A stretch of 64,000 bases of DNA, from positions 204,540,001 through 204,604,000 of the forward strand of contig NC_086100.1 of the NCBI RefSeq assembly GCF_963921235.1, given 5' to 3'. The stretch is from Mobula hypostoma (Eukaryota). Positions 36,015 through 49,599 of the stretch are shown piece by piece (the first letter of the stretch is position 1; every line of letters starts with the position of its first letter). Position numbers and translations under genes: made by a program. The notes beneath the pieces were generated by a model. It saw only the letters and a program-made list of their open reading frames with translations, did not search any database and was not told the DNA's origin.

Positions 36015-37461
36015 CTTCACGAGGCCTCTGGCCGGGATCTTTATGTCCTCATTGTCTACGGGAATGGTATCGGAGGATTGGAGGGAGGTGAATGTTGTCC
36101 CCTTGTTCAAAAAAGGTAGTAGGGATAGTCCGGGTAATTGTAGACCAGTGAGACTTACGTCTGTGGTGGGAAAGCTGTTGGTAAAGATTCTTAGAGATAG
36201 GATCTATGGGCATTTAGAGAATTATGGTCTGATCAGGGACAGTCAGCATGGCTTTGTGAAGGGAAGATCATGTCTCACAAGCCTGATAGTGTTCTTTGAG
36301 GAGGTGACCAGGCATATAGATGAGGGTAGTGCAGTGGATTCTATCTATTTAGGTAAGGCATTTGACAAGGTTCCACACGGTAGGCTTATTCAGAAAGTCA
36401 GAAGGCATAGGATCCAGGGAAATTTGGCCAAGTGGATTCAGAATTGGCTTGCCTGCAGAAGGCAGAGGGTCGTGGTGGAGGTAATACATTTGCAGGGTTG
36501 TGACTAGTGGGGTCCTACAAATATTGGTTCTGGGACCTCTACTTTTCATGATTTTTATTAACGGCCTGGATGTAGAGGTAGAAGGGTGGGTTGGCAAGTT
36601 TGCAGACGACACAAAGGTTGGTGCTGTTGTAGATGGTGTGGAGGATTGTCAAGGATTGGAGAGAGACATTGGTAGGATGCAGAAGTGGGCTGAGAAGTGG
36701 CAGATGGAGTTCAACCTGGAGAAGTGTGAAGTGGTACACTTTGGAAGGACAAACTCCAAGGCAGAGTGCAAAGTAAATGGCAGGATACTTGGTAGTGTGG
36801 AGGAGCAGAGGGATCTGGGGGTACATGTCCATAGATCCCTGAAAGTTGCCTCACAAGTGGATAGGGTAGTTAAGAAAGCTTATGGGGTGTTAGCTTTCAT
36901 AAGTCAAGTGATAGAGTTTAAGAGTTGCAATGTAATGATGCAGCTCTATAAAACTCTGGTTAGGCCACACTTGGAGTACTGTGTCCAGTTCTGGTCGCCT
37001 CACTATAGGGAGGATGTGGAAGCATTGGAAAGGGTACAGAGGAGATTTACCAGGATGCTACCTGGTTTAGAGAGTATGCATTATGATCAGAGATTAAGGG
37101 AGCTAGGGCTTTACTCTTAGAGGTGTACAAGAGAATAAGAGGAATAGATAGAGTGGATAGCCAGTGCCTCTTCTCCAGGGCACTACTGATCAATCCAAGG
37201 GGACATGGCTTTAAGATAAGGGGCGGGAAGTTCAAGGGGGATATTAGAGGAAGGTTTTTTACTCAGAGAGTGGTTGGTGCATGGAATGCACTGCCCGAGT
37301 CAGTAGTGGAGGCAGATACACTAGTGAAGTTTAAGAGACTACTAGACAGGTATGGAGGAATTTAAGGTGGGGGCTTATATGGGAGGCAGGGTTTGAGGGT
37401 CGGCACAACTTTCTGGGCCGAAGGGCCTGCACTGTGCTGTACTATTCTATGTTCCATGTTC
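36015..37461 (+). mobile_element. CR1 LINE, 5'-truncated
   Basis: RT motifs and 3' tail; small deletions. Confidence 0.93.
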
Positions 37462-38555
37462 AAAGTGGAACAAATATCTAAGTAAATGTCTGGTTTTTGA
37501 TTTATTTCCATTTCCCTCTGAGGGAAGTTGGGGCATTTGTAATTCCATAGAGGGTTAACAAAGAGGTTAGTGAGTATTTGTTATAGAGAGTGCAATGAAG
37601 ATTCACTAGACTGATCCCTGGAGTGGTGGGGTCATCATATGAAGAAAGATCAAATGCGATAAACCTTTCATTTAGAGAATCGAGGACTGAGAGGTGAACA
37701 CATTGAAATGCAGAACATCATTACCAGTTGAACCAGGGATCCCAGTCTCTGAAAAAGGGGGTGGACTGTCCGGGACTGAGATGAGGGGAAATGTCTCCAC
37801 TCCGAGGGTGGTGCATGTCTGTAAATCCCACCACAGAGGGCTGTGAAGACTCAGTGATCGTCCTCACATAAAACTGAGGCCGGCAGATGTGTGCAGACCG
37901 AAGGGATCGAGGAAATGAGGATCGGGCAGAAACACGTGGCTGAGTTACGAGAGCAGCTGCCATGTTGTTGATGGTTAGAGGGGCTGAACGGAGGCAGATA
38001 GAAAAGAGCAGAGAGATTGAATAGACCTGCGAGATAATCTTAATACACAGAGGTAGTGAGTACCTGGAATGAGCTGTTCAGTGTTTGCTTCATTGGTTAT
38101 CTACCTCGGGTTCAGTATTCTCACCGTGTTTGGAAATTCCCACTCATTGTTGTCTGTCTGTGAGCAGCTGGAAATTAAAGAAACACTCAAGATGCTGGAG
38201 ACCTGAAATCAGATCAGAAATTGTTTGAAGCTATTCCAACACAGGCTGTTGGAGCTGAAACATTAACTTTGTTCCTCTCCACAAATATTCTTTATCTGTT
38301 GAGTGTTTCTTGTATTTGTCGTTTTTTAGAACATTTCGTTGGAATAATTTAAGTCTTCTGGGAAATGGTCTTGTGTAGGATGCAGAATGTAATTCATTCT
38401 CTTACAGCACAGAAACAGGACTTTCAGCCCATCCAGTCTGTGCCATTTTCTGCCTGGAACCATCCACGTGCACCCAGACTAGAGATGTCAATACCTCCCT
38501 CATTCATGTACCCATACAAACTTCTCTTCAATGTTGCAATTAAACCCGCATTTAT

Positions 38556-40167
38556 ACATAGAACATAGAATAGTACAGCACAGTACAGGCCCTTCGGCCC
38601 ACAATCTTTTGCCGACCATCAAACGCTGCCTCCCACATAAGGCCCCAACTTAAATTCCTCCATATACCTGTCTAGTAGTCTCTTAAACTTCACTAATGTA
38701 TCTGCCTCCACCACTGACTCAGGCAGTGCATTCCACACACCAACCACTCTCTGAGTAAAAAACCTTACTCTAATATCTCCTTTGAACTTCCCACCCCTGA
38801 CCTTAAAGCCATGTCCTCTTGTATTGAGCAGTGGTGCCCTGAGGAAGAGGCGCTGGCTATCCACTCTATCTATTCTTTTAATTATCTTGTACACCTCTAT
38901 CATGTCTCCTCTCGTCCTCCTTCTCTCCAAAGAGTAAAGCCCTAGCTCCCTTAATACTGATCATAATCCACACTCTCTAAACCAGGCAGCATCCTGGTAA
39001 ATCTCCTCTGTACCCTTTCCAATGCTTCCACATCCTTCCTATAGTGATGCAACCAGAACTGGACACAGTACTCCAAGTGTGGCCTAACCAGAGTTTTATA
39101 GAGCTGCATCATTACATCGCGACTCTTAAACTCTATCCCTTGACTTATGAAAGCTAACACCCCATAAGCTTTCTTAACTAGCCTATCCACCTGTGAGGCA
39201 ACTTTCAGGGATCTGTGGACATGTACCCCGAGATCCCTCTGCTCCGCCACAGTACCATGTATCCTGCCATTTAATTTTTACTCTGCCTTGGAGTTTGTCC
39301 ATCCAAAGTGTACCACCTCACACTTCTCCGGGTTGAACTCCATCTGCCACTTCTCAGCCCACTTCTGCATCCCATCAATGTCTCTCTGCAATCTTTGACA
39401 ATCCTCCACACTATCTACAACACCACCAACCTTTGTGTCATCTGCAAACTTGCCAACCCACCCTTCTACCCCTTCATCCAGGTTGTTAATAAAAATCATG
39501 AAAAGTAGAGGTCCCAGAACAGATCCTTGTGGGACACTACTGGTCACAATCCTCCAATCTGAATGTACTCCCTGCACCACGACCCTCTGCCTTCTGCAGG
39601 CAAGCCAATTCTGAATCCACCTGGCCAAATTTCCATGGATCCTATGCCTTCTGACTTTCTGAATAAGCCTACCGTGTGGAACCTTGTCGCGATGCCTTAC
39701 TAAAATCCATATAGATCAGATCCACTGCACTACCCTCATCTACATGCCTGGTCACCTCCTCAGAGAACTCTATCAGGCTTGTTAGACACGATCTACCCTT
39801 CACAAAGCCATGCTGACTGTCCTTGATCAGACCATCATTCTCTAAATGCCTATAGATCCTATCTCTAAGAATCTTTTCCAACAGCTTTCCCACAATAGAC
39901 GTAAGGCTCACTGGTCTATAATTACCCGGACTATCCCTACTACCTTTTTTGAACAAGGGGACAGCATTCGCCTCCCTCCAGTCCTCTGGTACCATTCCCT
40001 TGGACAACGAGGACATAAAGATCCTAGCCAGAGGCTCAGCAATCTCTTCCCTCGCCTCGTGGAGCAGCCTGGGGAATATTCCATCAGGTCCCGGGGACTT
40101 ATCCGTCCTAATGTATTTTAAAAACTCCTCTCCCTTAATATCAACATGATCCAGAACATCACCTCCT
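38556..40167 (-). mobile_element. CR1 LINE, 5'-truncated
   Basis: RT ORF fragments 38619-40016; tail at 38556. Confidence 0.93.
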
Positions 40168-40169
40168 GA

Positions 40170-42658
40170 GTGAAGTAAAAATCACAGCGAACAGGGTTGT
40201 CGGAACAGATCGGTTGAGAACGCTTCTGGGTACCGGCTTCCAGAGAGAATACGCTCACTCTACCACCATCCTCTGCCTTTTCTGTCAGGTCATTTCGGTA
40301 TCCACAAAGCCCAGTTCCCCTGGATCTATGCTTCCTGCCAGCTTGACGTGGCTTAATTTGGGGAACATTATCAAAATTCTTACTCAAATCCAGTTGGTGC
40401 TTCTGGATGAATAGGATCCCTTTATTTCCACTCTGTTTTCTGCCGACCAGCCAATGCTCCACCCACACTAGTACCTTCCCTGTAATTCCAAGGGCTCTTA
40501 TCTTGCTATGCACCCTCATGTGCGGCACCTTGTCAAAGGCCTTCTGAAAATCCAAGTACACCATGTTTACTGCATCTCCTTTGTGTACCCTGCTTATAAT
40601 TTACTCAAAGATTTGCAATAGGTTATTCAGGCAGGATTTTCCTTTCAGGAAACCATATCTTGTCATGTGTCTCAGGTATTCCATAATCTGATCTCCAACA
40701 ATCAATTCCAACAACTTCCCAACCACAGTGGTCAGGCTAACAGGGCTACATTTTCCTTTCTGTTGTCGCCCACCCTCTTAAATAGCAGGGTAACATTTCC
40801 AATTTTCGAGTCATCCGGTACAATGCCAGAATCTATCGATTCTTGAAAGATCATTGTTAATGCCTCCGCAATCTCTCCAGCTACTTCCTTCAGAACCCAA
40901 GGGTGCATTCCATCAGGTCCAGGAGATTTGTCCACATTCAGATCATTAAGCTTCCTGAGCACCTTCTCAGTCATAATTCTCACTGCACAAACTTCACTTC
41001 CCCGACACTCTTGAATGTCCGATATACTGTGAAGACTGATGCAAACTACTCATTCAGTTCCACTGCCATCTCTGCATCTCTCATTACAATATCTCCAGCG
41101 TCATTTTGTATTGGTCCTATATCTACACTTGACTCTCTTCACCCGTTATATACTTAAAACGGCTTTTAATATCTTCTTTGATATTAGTCACCAGCTTCCT
41201 CTCATAATTTACTTTTTCCTTCTGAACGACCTTTCTAGATTTCTTCTGCAAGTTTTTAAAAGTTCCCCAATCCTCTATCTTCCCACTAGCTGTGGCTTCC
41301 TTGTATGCCCTCTCTTTTTCTTTTACTTCGGCTCTGACTTCACCTGTCAGCCATGGTAGTGTCCTTCTTCCCTTTGAAAATTTCTTCTTATTTGGAAAGA
41401 GATCTGTCTTGCACTTCTCTCATTTTTTGCAGAAACTCCAGCTGTTGCTGCTCTGCTGTCCTTCCTGCAAATGTCCCTTTTCAGTCAACTTTGGCCGGTT
41501 CCCCTCTTATACCATTGTAGTTTCCTTTATTCCACTGAAATACTGACACATTGCATTTTATTTTTCCCTCTCAGATTTCAATGTGAAATCGATCATACTG
41601 TTATCACTGTTCCCTAAGGGCTCCTTAAACCTTAAGCTCTCTTATCACCTCCAGATCATTGCACAACACCCAAATCAGCACAGCCACTCCCCTATTGGGC
41701 TCAATAACAGGCTATTCTAAAAAGCCATCCTTTAGACATTCAACAAATTCTCTCTCTTGAGGTCCAGTACTGACCTGGTTTTCTCAAATCCACTTTTTGT
41801 TAAAATCCCCAACGATTATTCTGACATTGCCTTTCTGACATGCCTTTTCTATCTCTTGCTAAATTTGCAATCCACATCCCGGCCGTTGTTTGTAGGCCTG
41901 TATACAACTGTCATTCGGGTCATTTTATCCTTGCCATTTCCTAATTCAACCTATAGAGACTCTACTCCTTCCAATCCTATGTCATCTCTTTCCAATCATT
42001 TAATATTATTTCTTGTACACAGGGCCACACCACTTCATTTGCCTACTAACCTATCTTTCTGATACACCTTATATCCTTGGACGTTCAGCTCCCAATGACA
42101 GCCATTCTTCAGCCAAGTTTCACTGATGGCCACACCGTCATATTTGCCAATCTGTAGCTGAATTTCAAGATCATCTATTTTATTTCTTATGCTGCGTGCA
42201 TTCAAATACAACACTCTCAGTCCAGTACTTTTTGCTCTATGTTTTAATTGCATCACGACTCTATTGCCCTGTAACTCATGCCACTGGCTTTGATTAAACT
42301 TTGTCTCCTGCCTGTTCTTTCTGTGATCTCTGCTGCATGCTATCTTTGATTTATTTCTGTTTTCCCCTTCCTCAGCCCAATCACTCTGGTTCCCATCTCC
42401 CCACCAAATTTGTTTAAACCCTCACTAACAGCTTTATTAAATGTGCCTGCGAGGATATGGGACACGTTTGGGTTCAGGTATAACCCGTCCTTTTTGTACC
42501 GGTCGTACCTCCCCTGGAAGAGGCCCCAATAATCCAGGAATCTGAATCCCCGCCCCCTACACAAGTCTCTCAGCCACACATTAATACGGCTGATCATTCT
42601 ATTCCTTCATCACTAGCACGTGGTGCAGGCAGCAATCCTGAGATTACTACCCCAGAGG
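40170..42658 (-). mobile_element. Older CR1, from ORF1 C-terminus (SGNH esterase-like) to RT
   Basis: GFRFLDYWGLF..KDGLYLN (ORF1), YLNARSIRNK..AISETWL (endonuclease), KSPGPDGMHP and YLDFQKAFDKV (RT). Confidence 0.88.
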
Positions 42659-43392
42659 TCTACAGGGGTCTGTGTTGGCAACGTTTCTGTTTATGTTCTA
42701 TGTCAGTGCATCGGATGACAGTATCGATGGCCCTGTGGCCAAATTTATGAATGAAGTGGAATATTGAAAGGCCTGGATAGAGAGGTCGTGGAGGTCTATA
42801 GCATCCGGTTATCACAATGCTATAAATTACATAGTAAATATACAAACGATTGGCTTGCTCCATAGCTTGAGATTCTAAATTGGAGAAGGGCGCTTTATTC
42901 ACAAAATCCTCACTGCCCACTGTGACTGTGCACTGATCCCAGCAATGGAACCCACCACTGCAGTCCCACAGTGCACTATGAACTGATGGGAAAGCTACGA
43001 AATTGCATGTGAATAGCCTCCCCTCTTCCAACTCCACTCTTTCTGCATCACCAGCAGACTGGGACATCTCACATCTCGCTGCCTCCGCCAAGCCATTAAA
43101 CTGAACAACTGTGGTCAGGGACTGATCTCTGGGTTACTCCAAGTGCTACCTCCTTCCAGTCTGAAACAACCCGCTCATTCAGCCACACACTACCGGCAGT
43201 TTATTGATCTCCAACGAAAAAGTCGAATAAACTATTCCTGAGGTTCAATACCATTGCTAACTCTGAGTTTACCACCGTCAAATGCCAGGAGGGACATAAT
43301 AATCAGAAAGTCTCTAGTCGCAGCCGTGTAAATAAAATGTGATCTTAGTGGGTGTTTGGCGCATGCTCAGAATGCGAAGAAGACAGGCAAAC

Positions 43393-44245
43393 AAACTGAG
43401 CCAAGTCACAGACTGATGAAGGGGAGGAAGGATCCATTTTGATACAGAGAGGGAAGCAGAGAGTTTGATATTGTGCCTGATGCCGGAACTGTAGCCAGTT
43501 AGAAGATGAAGTCTTGTTGCTCCAAATTGTTTTGAGCTGTGACAGTGTTTTTATCAGAAGGCACCATGACGACTAAAATTATCTGAGTCGAAATGTTGTC
43601 CTTCACCCATTGACATGCTTTGTAAACTTTTAACAGTGTAGAAAAGTAAAAGGATTTGTGTATGGGGATCTTCAGCACAACAGCACCTTAGTTCTGCTGT
43701 ATCCGTCAGTTCACCAGCGCTTGAATGTCGCCGATCCTTGAATGTGGAGGCGGGGATGCTGGAGAAGACAGCGCCCCACTCGCTGCAAGGAGAGCCCAAT
43801 CACGTGTCCATGTCCGTGATCTGACTGGATACATTGCCCTGTTGTTGATAGCAGTGAGATGTCATTCACCGGCTCTCATTTTGGAAGGGATTCAGTCGGC
43901 CATCGCAGATACACTAACAGCTTCACACTGGCAATCGAAAGTTCACCTGCTCTGTGTGTGCGAAGAGACTCATTCAATTAACCCACCTTGTGATGCTCCG
44001 GTGAGTTCACAATAAATAGAGACCACATTTCTGTTCGGAGTGAGCAAAGAGTTTTACTCAATGATCCCCGCTGCTTCAACACCAGCAACTTCACATCAGG
44101 GAGGAAGTTCAAATCAGCTCTGGTTAAATGTTTAACCATCATGGCGACTGGAGGCAGCTGCAGGTTCATGAGGAGAAGTTACTGTCAGATACTGCAGTTC
44201 TTGCGGCTGCTCATCGCACCCAGGACTGAACCCTAGTCTAGCTAG
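43393..44245 (+). pseudogene. Decayed C2H2 zinc-finger gene terminal exon plus upstream intron, paralogous to 51307-54005
   Basis: Aligns by eye with the intron and acceptor of the intact ZNF; relic fingers such as FTCSVCAKR at 43942; shared 3'UTR motif gctgctca.c.cacccag. Confidence 0.75.
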
Positions 44246-44669
44246 ACTGGTGTTTAATATTGTAGAGCTTTGAAAGATAGGCTGTATCAAATCCCGTGTC
44301 TCAGTTACTTAGTATCTCTACCACACTCAGAATGTACACTAGAGAGGCCACTCGGCCCATCTTGTCCCTGCCCATGTTTCTGTTCCATATCAGTATATCA
44401 AAATCTATCCCTGCCGCTCCCTTCTCACTCCCTGTGATGACAGGTTGCAACTAGTCAGAGAAGAGATCAGGCAGCAAATGTCGAGAGGAATAAATAGACA
44501 ACGTTTAGGCCGAGCCCCTTCAGCATTTCTAGACTGTGTACTTCTCTGCTTAGTTGCTGCCTGAACTGCAGAGTTCCTCCAGCATTTTGTGTGTGCGCGT
44601 CTGCATTACCAGCAACAGCAGAATCTCTTGTGTTTTATATCTGCATTTGTAAGAAGTTTCTACTTTGGC

Positions 44670-45080
44670 ATTAGACACGCGGGAAGTTTGCTGATATTAA
44701 GTGTATTGTTTATGGGAGCTGCTTTCTGCGTTAAAAGAGCTGCTGAGTTTTCTACACAAAAAAAACTGAGGTATGGACACGGAACCGATTCTTTAATGGG
44801 TCTGTGATTACCCAGAAAGCTCTGCGATTCAATTTTCTTTTCGCTGAAGCACTGATCAAATGCGCAGGCGTCAGGGTTGCGGATGTTCCTGAATATCGCG
44901 CATGCGCGCAATACACACACGGCCTTAGAGTTTGGCGACAGGTAAGAGTCGAGTTTGCGGATTCGAGACAATTGCTGTGAGCTCCGGACACCGTGGCCCG
45001 CAATCCCGGAACAGTCCTGCTCTCGTCCCTCTCTCTCAGCCCCACGATCCGTACACGGGCCCCGGGGAGCTTCCGGCTGA
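44670..45080 (+). promoter_or_regulatory. CpG-rich promoter and probable non-coding exon 1 of the ZNF gene (donor at 44942)
   Basis: TGCGCAGGCG 44861, palindromic CGCGCATGCGCG 44897 (NRF1-type), cag|gtaaga donor. Confidence 0.65.
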
Positions 45081-45660
45081 TGAGGGAATGGGAACCGATG
45101 GATCTCTCAGACAGAGCTGAGCTCCAGCTGTCTAAATGCAAGGATTGGGAATCGGAGAAAGGGAACAAAATCATCATCAGCAGTTTAAAAAGTCACCTTT
45201 GTTGCACCTCCAATCACAAACAAGAGAAAATCTGCAGATGCTGGAAATCCAAGCAACGCACACAAATTGCGGGAGGAACTCAGCATTAGTACCCTTTGCA
45301 TAGATGCTGCCTGGCCTGCTGAGTTCCTGCAGAATTGTGTATGTGTGTGTTGCTTGTTCTACCTCTTCTTGTTCTGGAACTTTCTTCCCGTGAGAACATG
45401 TTTTGACTCATTCTCTCTGGGAACATAATGATATCAAGCAACTTTGTCCTGGGCAACAAGTAGCATTAACAGCACAAATTTGCCAGACTCCAATGAGACA
45501 GACTCCCTTCCCCTCGCAGACTGGGAGATCATTTCGCTGAACACTTATGCTCTGTCTGCCAGAGAAAGCAGGATTTTCCAGTGGCCACACATTTTAATTC
45601 CCCGTCCCATTCCCATTCTGATATGTCTATCCACAGCCTCCTCTACTCTAAAGATGAAGC

Positions 45661-47458
45661 ATAGAAACATAGAAAATAGGTGCAGGAGTAGGCCATTCGG
45701 CCCTTCGAGCCTGCACCGCCATTCAGTATGATCATGGCTGATCATCCAACTCAGAACCCTGTACCAGCCTTCCCTCCATACCCCCTGATCCCTTTAGCCA
45801 CAAGGGCCATATTTAACTCCCTCTTAAATATAGCCAATGAACTGGCCTCAACTGTTTCCTGTGGCAGAGAATTCCACAGATTCACCACTCTCTGTGTGAA
45901 GAAGTTTTTCCTAATCTCGGTCCTAAAAGGCTTCCCCTTTATCCTCAAACCGTGACCCCTCATTCTGGACCCCCCCAACATCAGGAACAATCTTCCTGCA
46001 TCTAACCTGTCCAATCCCTTTAGGATTTTATACGTTTCAGTCAGATCCCCCCTCACTCTACTAAATTCCAATGAGTATAAGCCTAGTTCATCTAGTCTTT
46101 CATCTTATGAAAGTCCTGCAATCCCAGGAATCAATCTGGTGAACCTTCTTTGTACTCCCTCTATGGCAAGGATGCCTTTCCTCAGATTAGGGGACCAAAA
46201 CTGCATACAATACTCCAGGTGTGGTCTCAGCAAGGCCTTGTACAACTGCAGTAGTACCTTCCTGCTCCTGTACTCGAATCCTCTTGCTATAAATGCCAGC
46301 ATACCATTCGCCTTTTTCACCGCCTGCTGTACCTGCATGCCCACTTTCAATGACTGGTGTATAATGACACCCAGGTCTCATTGCACCTCCCCTTTTCCTA
46401 ATCGGCCACCATTCAGATAATAATCTGTTTTCCTGTTTTTGCCACCAAAGTGGATAACTTCACATTTATCCACATTAAATTGCATCTGCCATGAATTTGC
46501 CCACTCACCCAACCTATCCAAGTCACCCTGCATCCTCTTAGCATCCTCCTCACAGCTAACACTGCCGCCCAGCTTCGTGTCATCCGCAAACTTGGAGATG
46601 CTGCATTTAATTCCCTCATCCAAGTCATTAATATATATTGTAAACAACCGGGGTCCCAGCACTGAGCCTTGCGGTACCCCACTAGTCACTGCCTGCCATT
46701 CTGAAAAGGTCCCGTTTATTCCCACTCTTTGCTTCCTGTCTGCCAACCAATTCTCTATCCACATCAGTACCTTAACCCCAATACCATGTGCTTTAAATTT
46801 GCACACTAATCTCCTGTGTGGGACCTTGTCAAAAGCCTTTTGAAAATCCAAATATACCACATCCACTGGTTCTCCCCTATCCACTCTACTAGTTACATCC
46901 TCAAAAAATTCTATGAGATTCGTCAGACATGATTTTCCTTTCACAAATCCATGCTGATTTTGTCCGATGATTTCACCGCTTTCCAAATGTGCTGTTATCA
47001 CATCTTTGATAACTGACTCTAGCAGTTTCCCCACCACCGATGTTAGGCTAACTGGTCTATAAATTCCCTGGTTTTTCTCTCCCTCCTTTTTTAAAAAGTG
47101 GGGTTACATTAGCCACTCTCCAATTCTCAGGAACTAGTCCAGAATCTAAAGAGTTTTGAAAAATTATCAGTAATGTATCCACTATTTCTTGGGCTACTTC
47201 CTTAAGCACTCTAGGATGCAGACCATCTGGCCCTGGGGATTTATCTGCCTTTAATCCCTTCAATTTACCTAACACCACTTCCCCACTAACATGTATTTCC
47301 CTCAGTTCCTCCATCTCACTGGACCCTCTGTCCCCTACTATTTCCAGAAGATTATTTATGTCCTCCTTAGTGAAGACAGAACCAAAGTAATTATTCAACT
47401 GGTCTGCCATGTCCTTGCTCCCCATAATCAATTCACCATGTCCTTGCTCCCCATAATC
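45661..47458 (-). mobile_element. CR1 LINE, 5'-truncated, same subfamily as 14258-15975
   Basis: RT ORFs 46378-47467; tail atagaaacatagaaa. Confidence 0.95.
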
Positions 47459-47859
47459 AAGCCACACTCAGGATGGAGGAACAACACCTTATATTCCGTC
47501 TTGGTAGCCTCCAACCTGACGGCATGAACATTGATTTCTCAAACTTCTGCTAATGCCCCACCTTCCCCTCGTACCCCATCCGTTAATTATTTATATACAC
47601 ACATTCTTTTTCTCTCTCTCCTTTTTCTCCCTCTGTGCCTCTCACTATGCCCCTTGCCCATCCTCTGGGCTTTTCCCCCCCCTCCCCTTTTCTTTCTCCC
47701 TTGGCCTCCTGTCCCATGATCCTCTCATATCCCTTTTGCCAATCACCCGTCCAGCTCTTGGCTCCATCCCTCCCCCTCCTGTCTTCTCCTATCATTTTGG
47801 ATCTCCCCCTCCCCCTCCCCCTCCCACTTTCAAATCCCTTACTAGCTCTTCTTTCAGTT

Positions 47860-47895
47860 AGTCCTGACGAAGGGTGTCGGCCCGAAACGTCGATT
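47860..47895 (+). ncRNA. Minimal hammerhead ribozyme motif, core intact
   Basis: agtc-CTGACGA-agggtgtcggccc-GAAAcgTC-gatt, with a G-U wobble in helix I. Confidence 0.72.
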
Positions 47896-48879
47896 GTACC
47901 TCTTCCTAGAGATGCTGCCTGGCCTGCTGCGTTCACCAGCAATTTTTATATGTGTTACCTTCACCTCATATTTATTGGCATTGCCATCAATGAGTTCACC
48001 ACCGTCAGTCACCTGGGGCAGGGTTCAGGGGAAATGTTTATGTCCAATACAGAAACTGGTGTTACCTGTGTGTATTGTCGCAATGCAAAAGTTGCTGGAG
48101 AATTTGCAAGTGGGAAGAAATAGAGTGATATTTGAAAATCTGACATTTTAAAGCATCATTTAAAAAAAAATCACATATAGCCCTGGTGAGAAAATCCTTT
48201 ACCCGCTACAGGCCTGCTACATAGTTTGTGTGAGGCTGCAGATGAACTCGATCGAACTCAGAGGAGATCAAAGTTCTTATGGACAGTGATTTGCTAGCTG
48301 TTAAAATGAATACCTCTCTATATAAGTTCACTGTGCACATGTTGTCACTAGGTAAAAAAAAAATGCCCAGTACAAGATTTTTGTGCACACTGGTCATTAC
48401 AAATTAGAGGGAACATTGGTGGGAAGGTGTGGAGACCACACATGCAAGATGTATTTTCAGCTTTAAGGAGTTGGAGCTGGAAGTGGATGAATTCTGGATC
48501 ATCCAGGAGTTGGAGCGGATGATACATATGACATGAAGAGAGGTGAGTTACACCCAAGGTGGAAGATTCAGGAAACTGCGTGAGAGGTCAGGAAGGGGAA
48601 TGAGGTTGAATACCCATCGCAGAGTTCTCTTGTGGCCATCCCCCACAACAACAGGTGGACCACTTTAGAAACTGTTGGGAGGGATTACCTGGCAGTGTAA
48701 AGTCAAAGGGGTGATAGGAGATTCGTTAGTTAGGGGGTCAGAACAGGAAGGGGACTAATATCCTAGTGGTAAAGCTTCCTGGAACTAGTGTGTGTGTGGG
48801 GTGGGGTGGGGTGATGTGGTTAAAATAAGTTGCAGGGGAAATGGGAACCAGAATGACAGAACAGATAGTGGAGAGGGTG

Positions 48880-49580
48880 AATTGAATTGAACTGACTTTA
48901 TTACATACATCCCTCATAGACATGAGGAGTAGAATTCTTTATGTTAGGTTTCTGTCTAAATGTGCAATGTGTAATTTATAGTAATTTATAATAAATAGTT
49001 TGTACATAGGAAGTCAATATAATATAGAAATCAGTTAATTAGTCTGATGGCCTGGTAGAAGATGATGTCCCGGTGCCTGTTGGTATTTTGCCGTGGTACC
49101 GTTTCCTGGATGGTAGCAGCAGGAACTGTTTCTGGTTGTAGTGAATTTGGGTCCCCAATATCCTTTGGGCCCTTTTTACACACCTGTCTCTGTAACTGTC
49201 CTGAATAGTGGGAAGTTCACATCTACAGATGCGCTGGGCTGTCCGCACCACTCTCTGCAGAGTCCTGTAATTAAGGGAAGTATAGTTCCCATACCAGGCA
49301 GTGATGCAGCCAGTCAGGATGCTCTCAATTGTGTCTCTGTAGAAAGTTCTTAGGATTTGGGGCCTCATCCCAAACTTCTTCAACCATCTGAGGTGAAAGA
49401 GGTGCTCTGTGCTCTTTTCACAACACAGCCGGCATGTACAGACCATGTGAGATCCTTGGTGATGTCCCTCTCAACCCCAGATCCATTGATGTCAATAGGG
49501 TTTAGCCTGTCTCCATTCCTCCTGTAATCCACAATCAGCTCCTTTGTCTTTGTGACAATGAGGGAGAGTTTGTTTTCTTG
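48880..49580 (-). mobile_element. Rex1/Babar-like LINE 3' fragment
   Basis: LRTFYRDTIESILTGCITAWYGN..LQRVVRTAQRI; (ttcaa)n tail. Confidence 0.8.
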
Positions 49581-49599
49581 TCAGGTGTTGTTCAGACCT

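Larger units (their letters stand above)
45512..47955 (+). mobile_element. Penelope-like element 3' portion split by a CR1
   Basis: GIY-YIG tail 45512-45660 resumes at 47459 (aagc duplicated); terminal repeat to ~47955. Confidence 0.88.
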
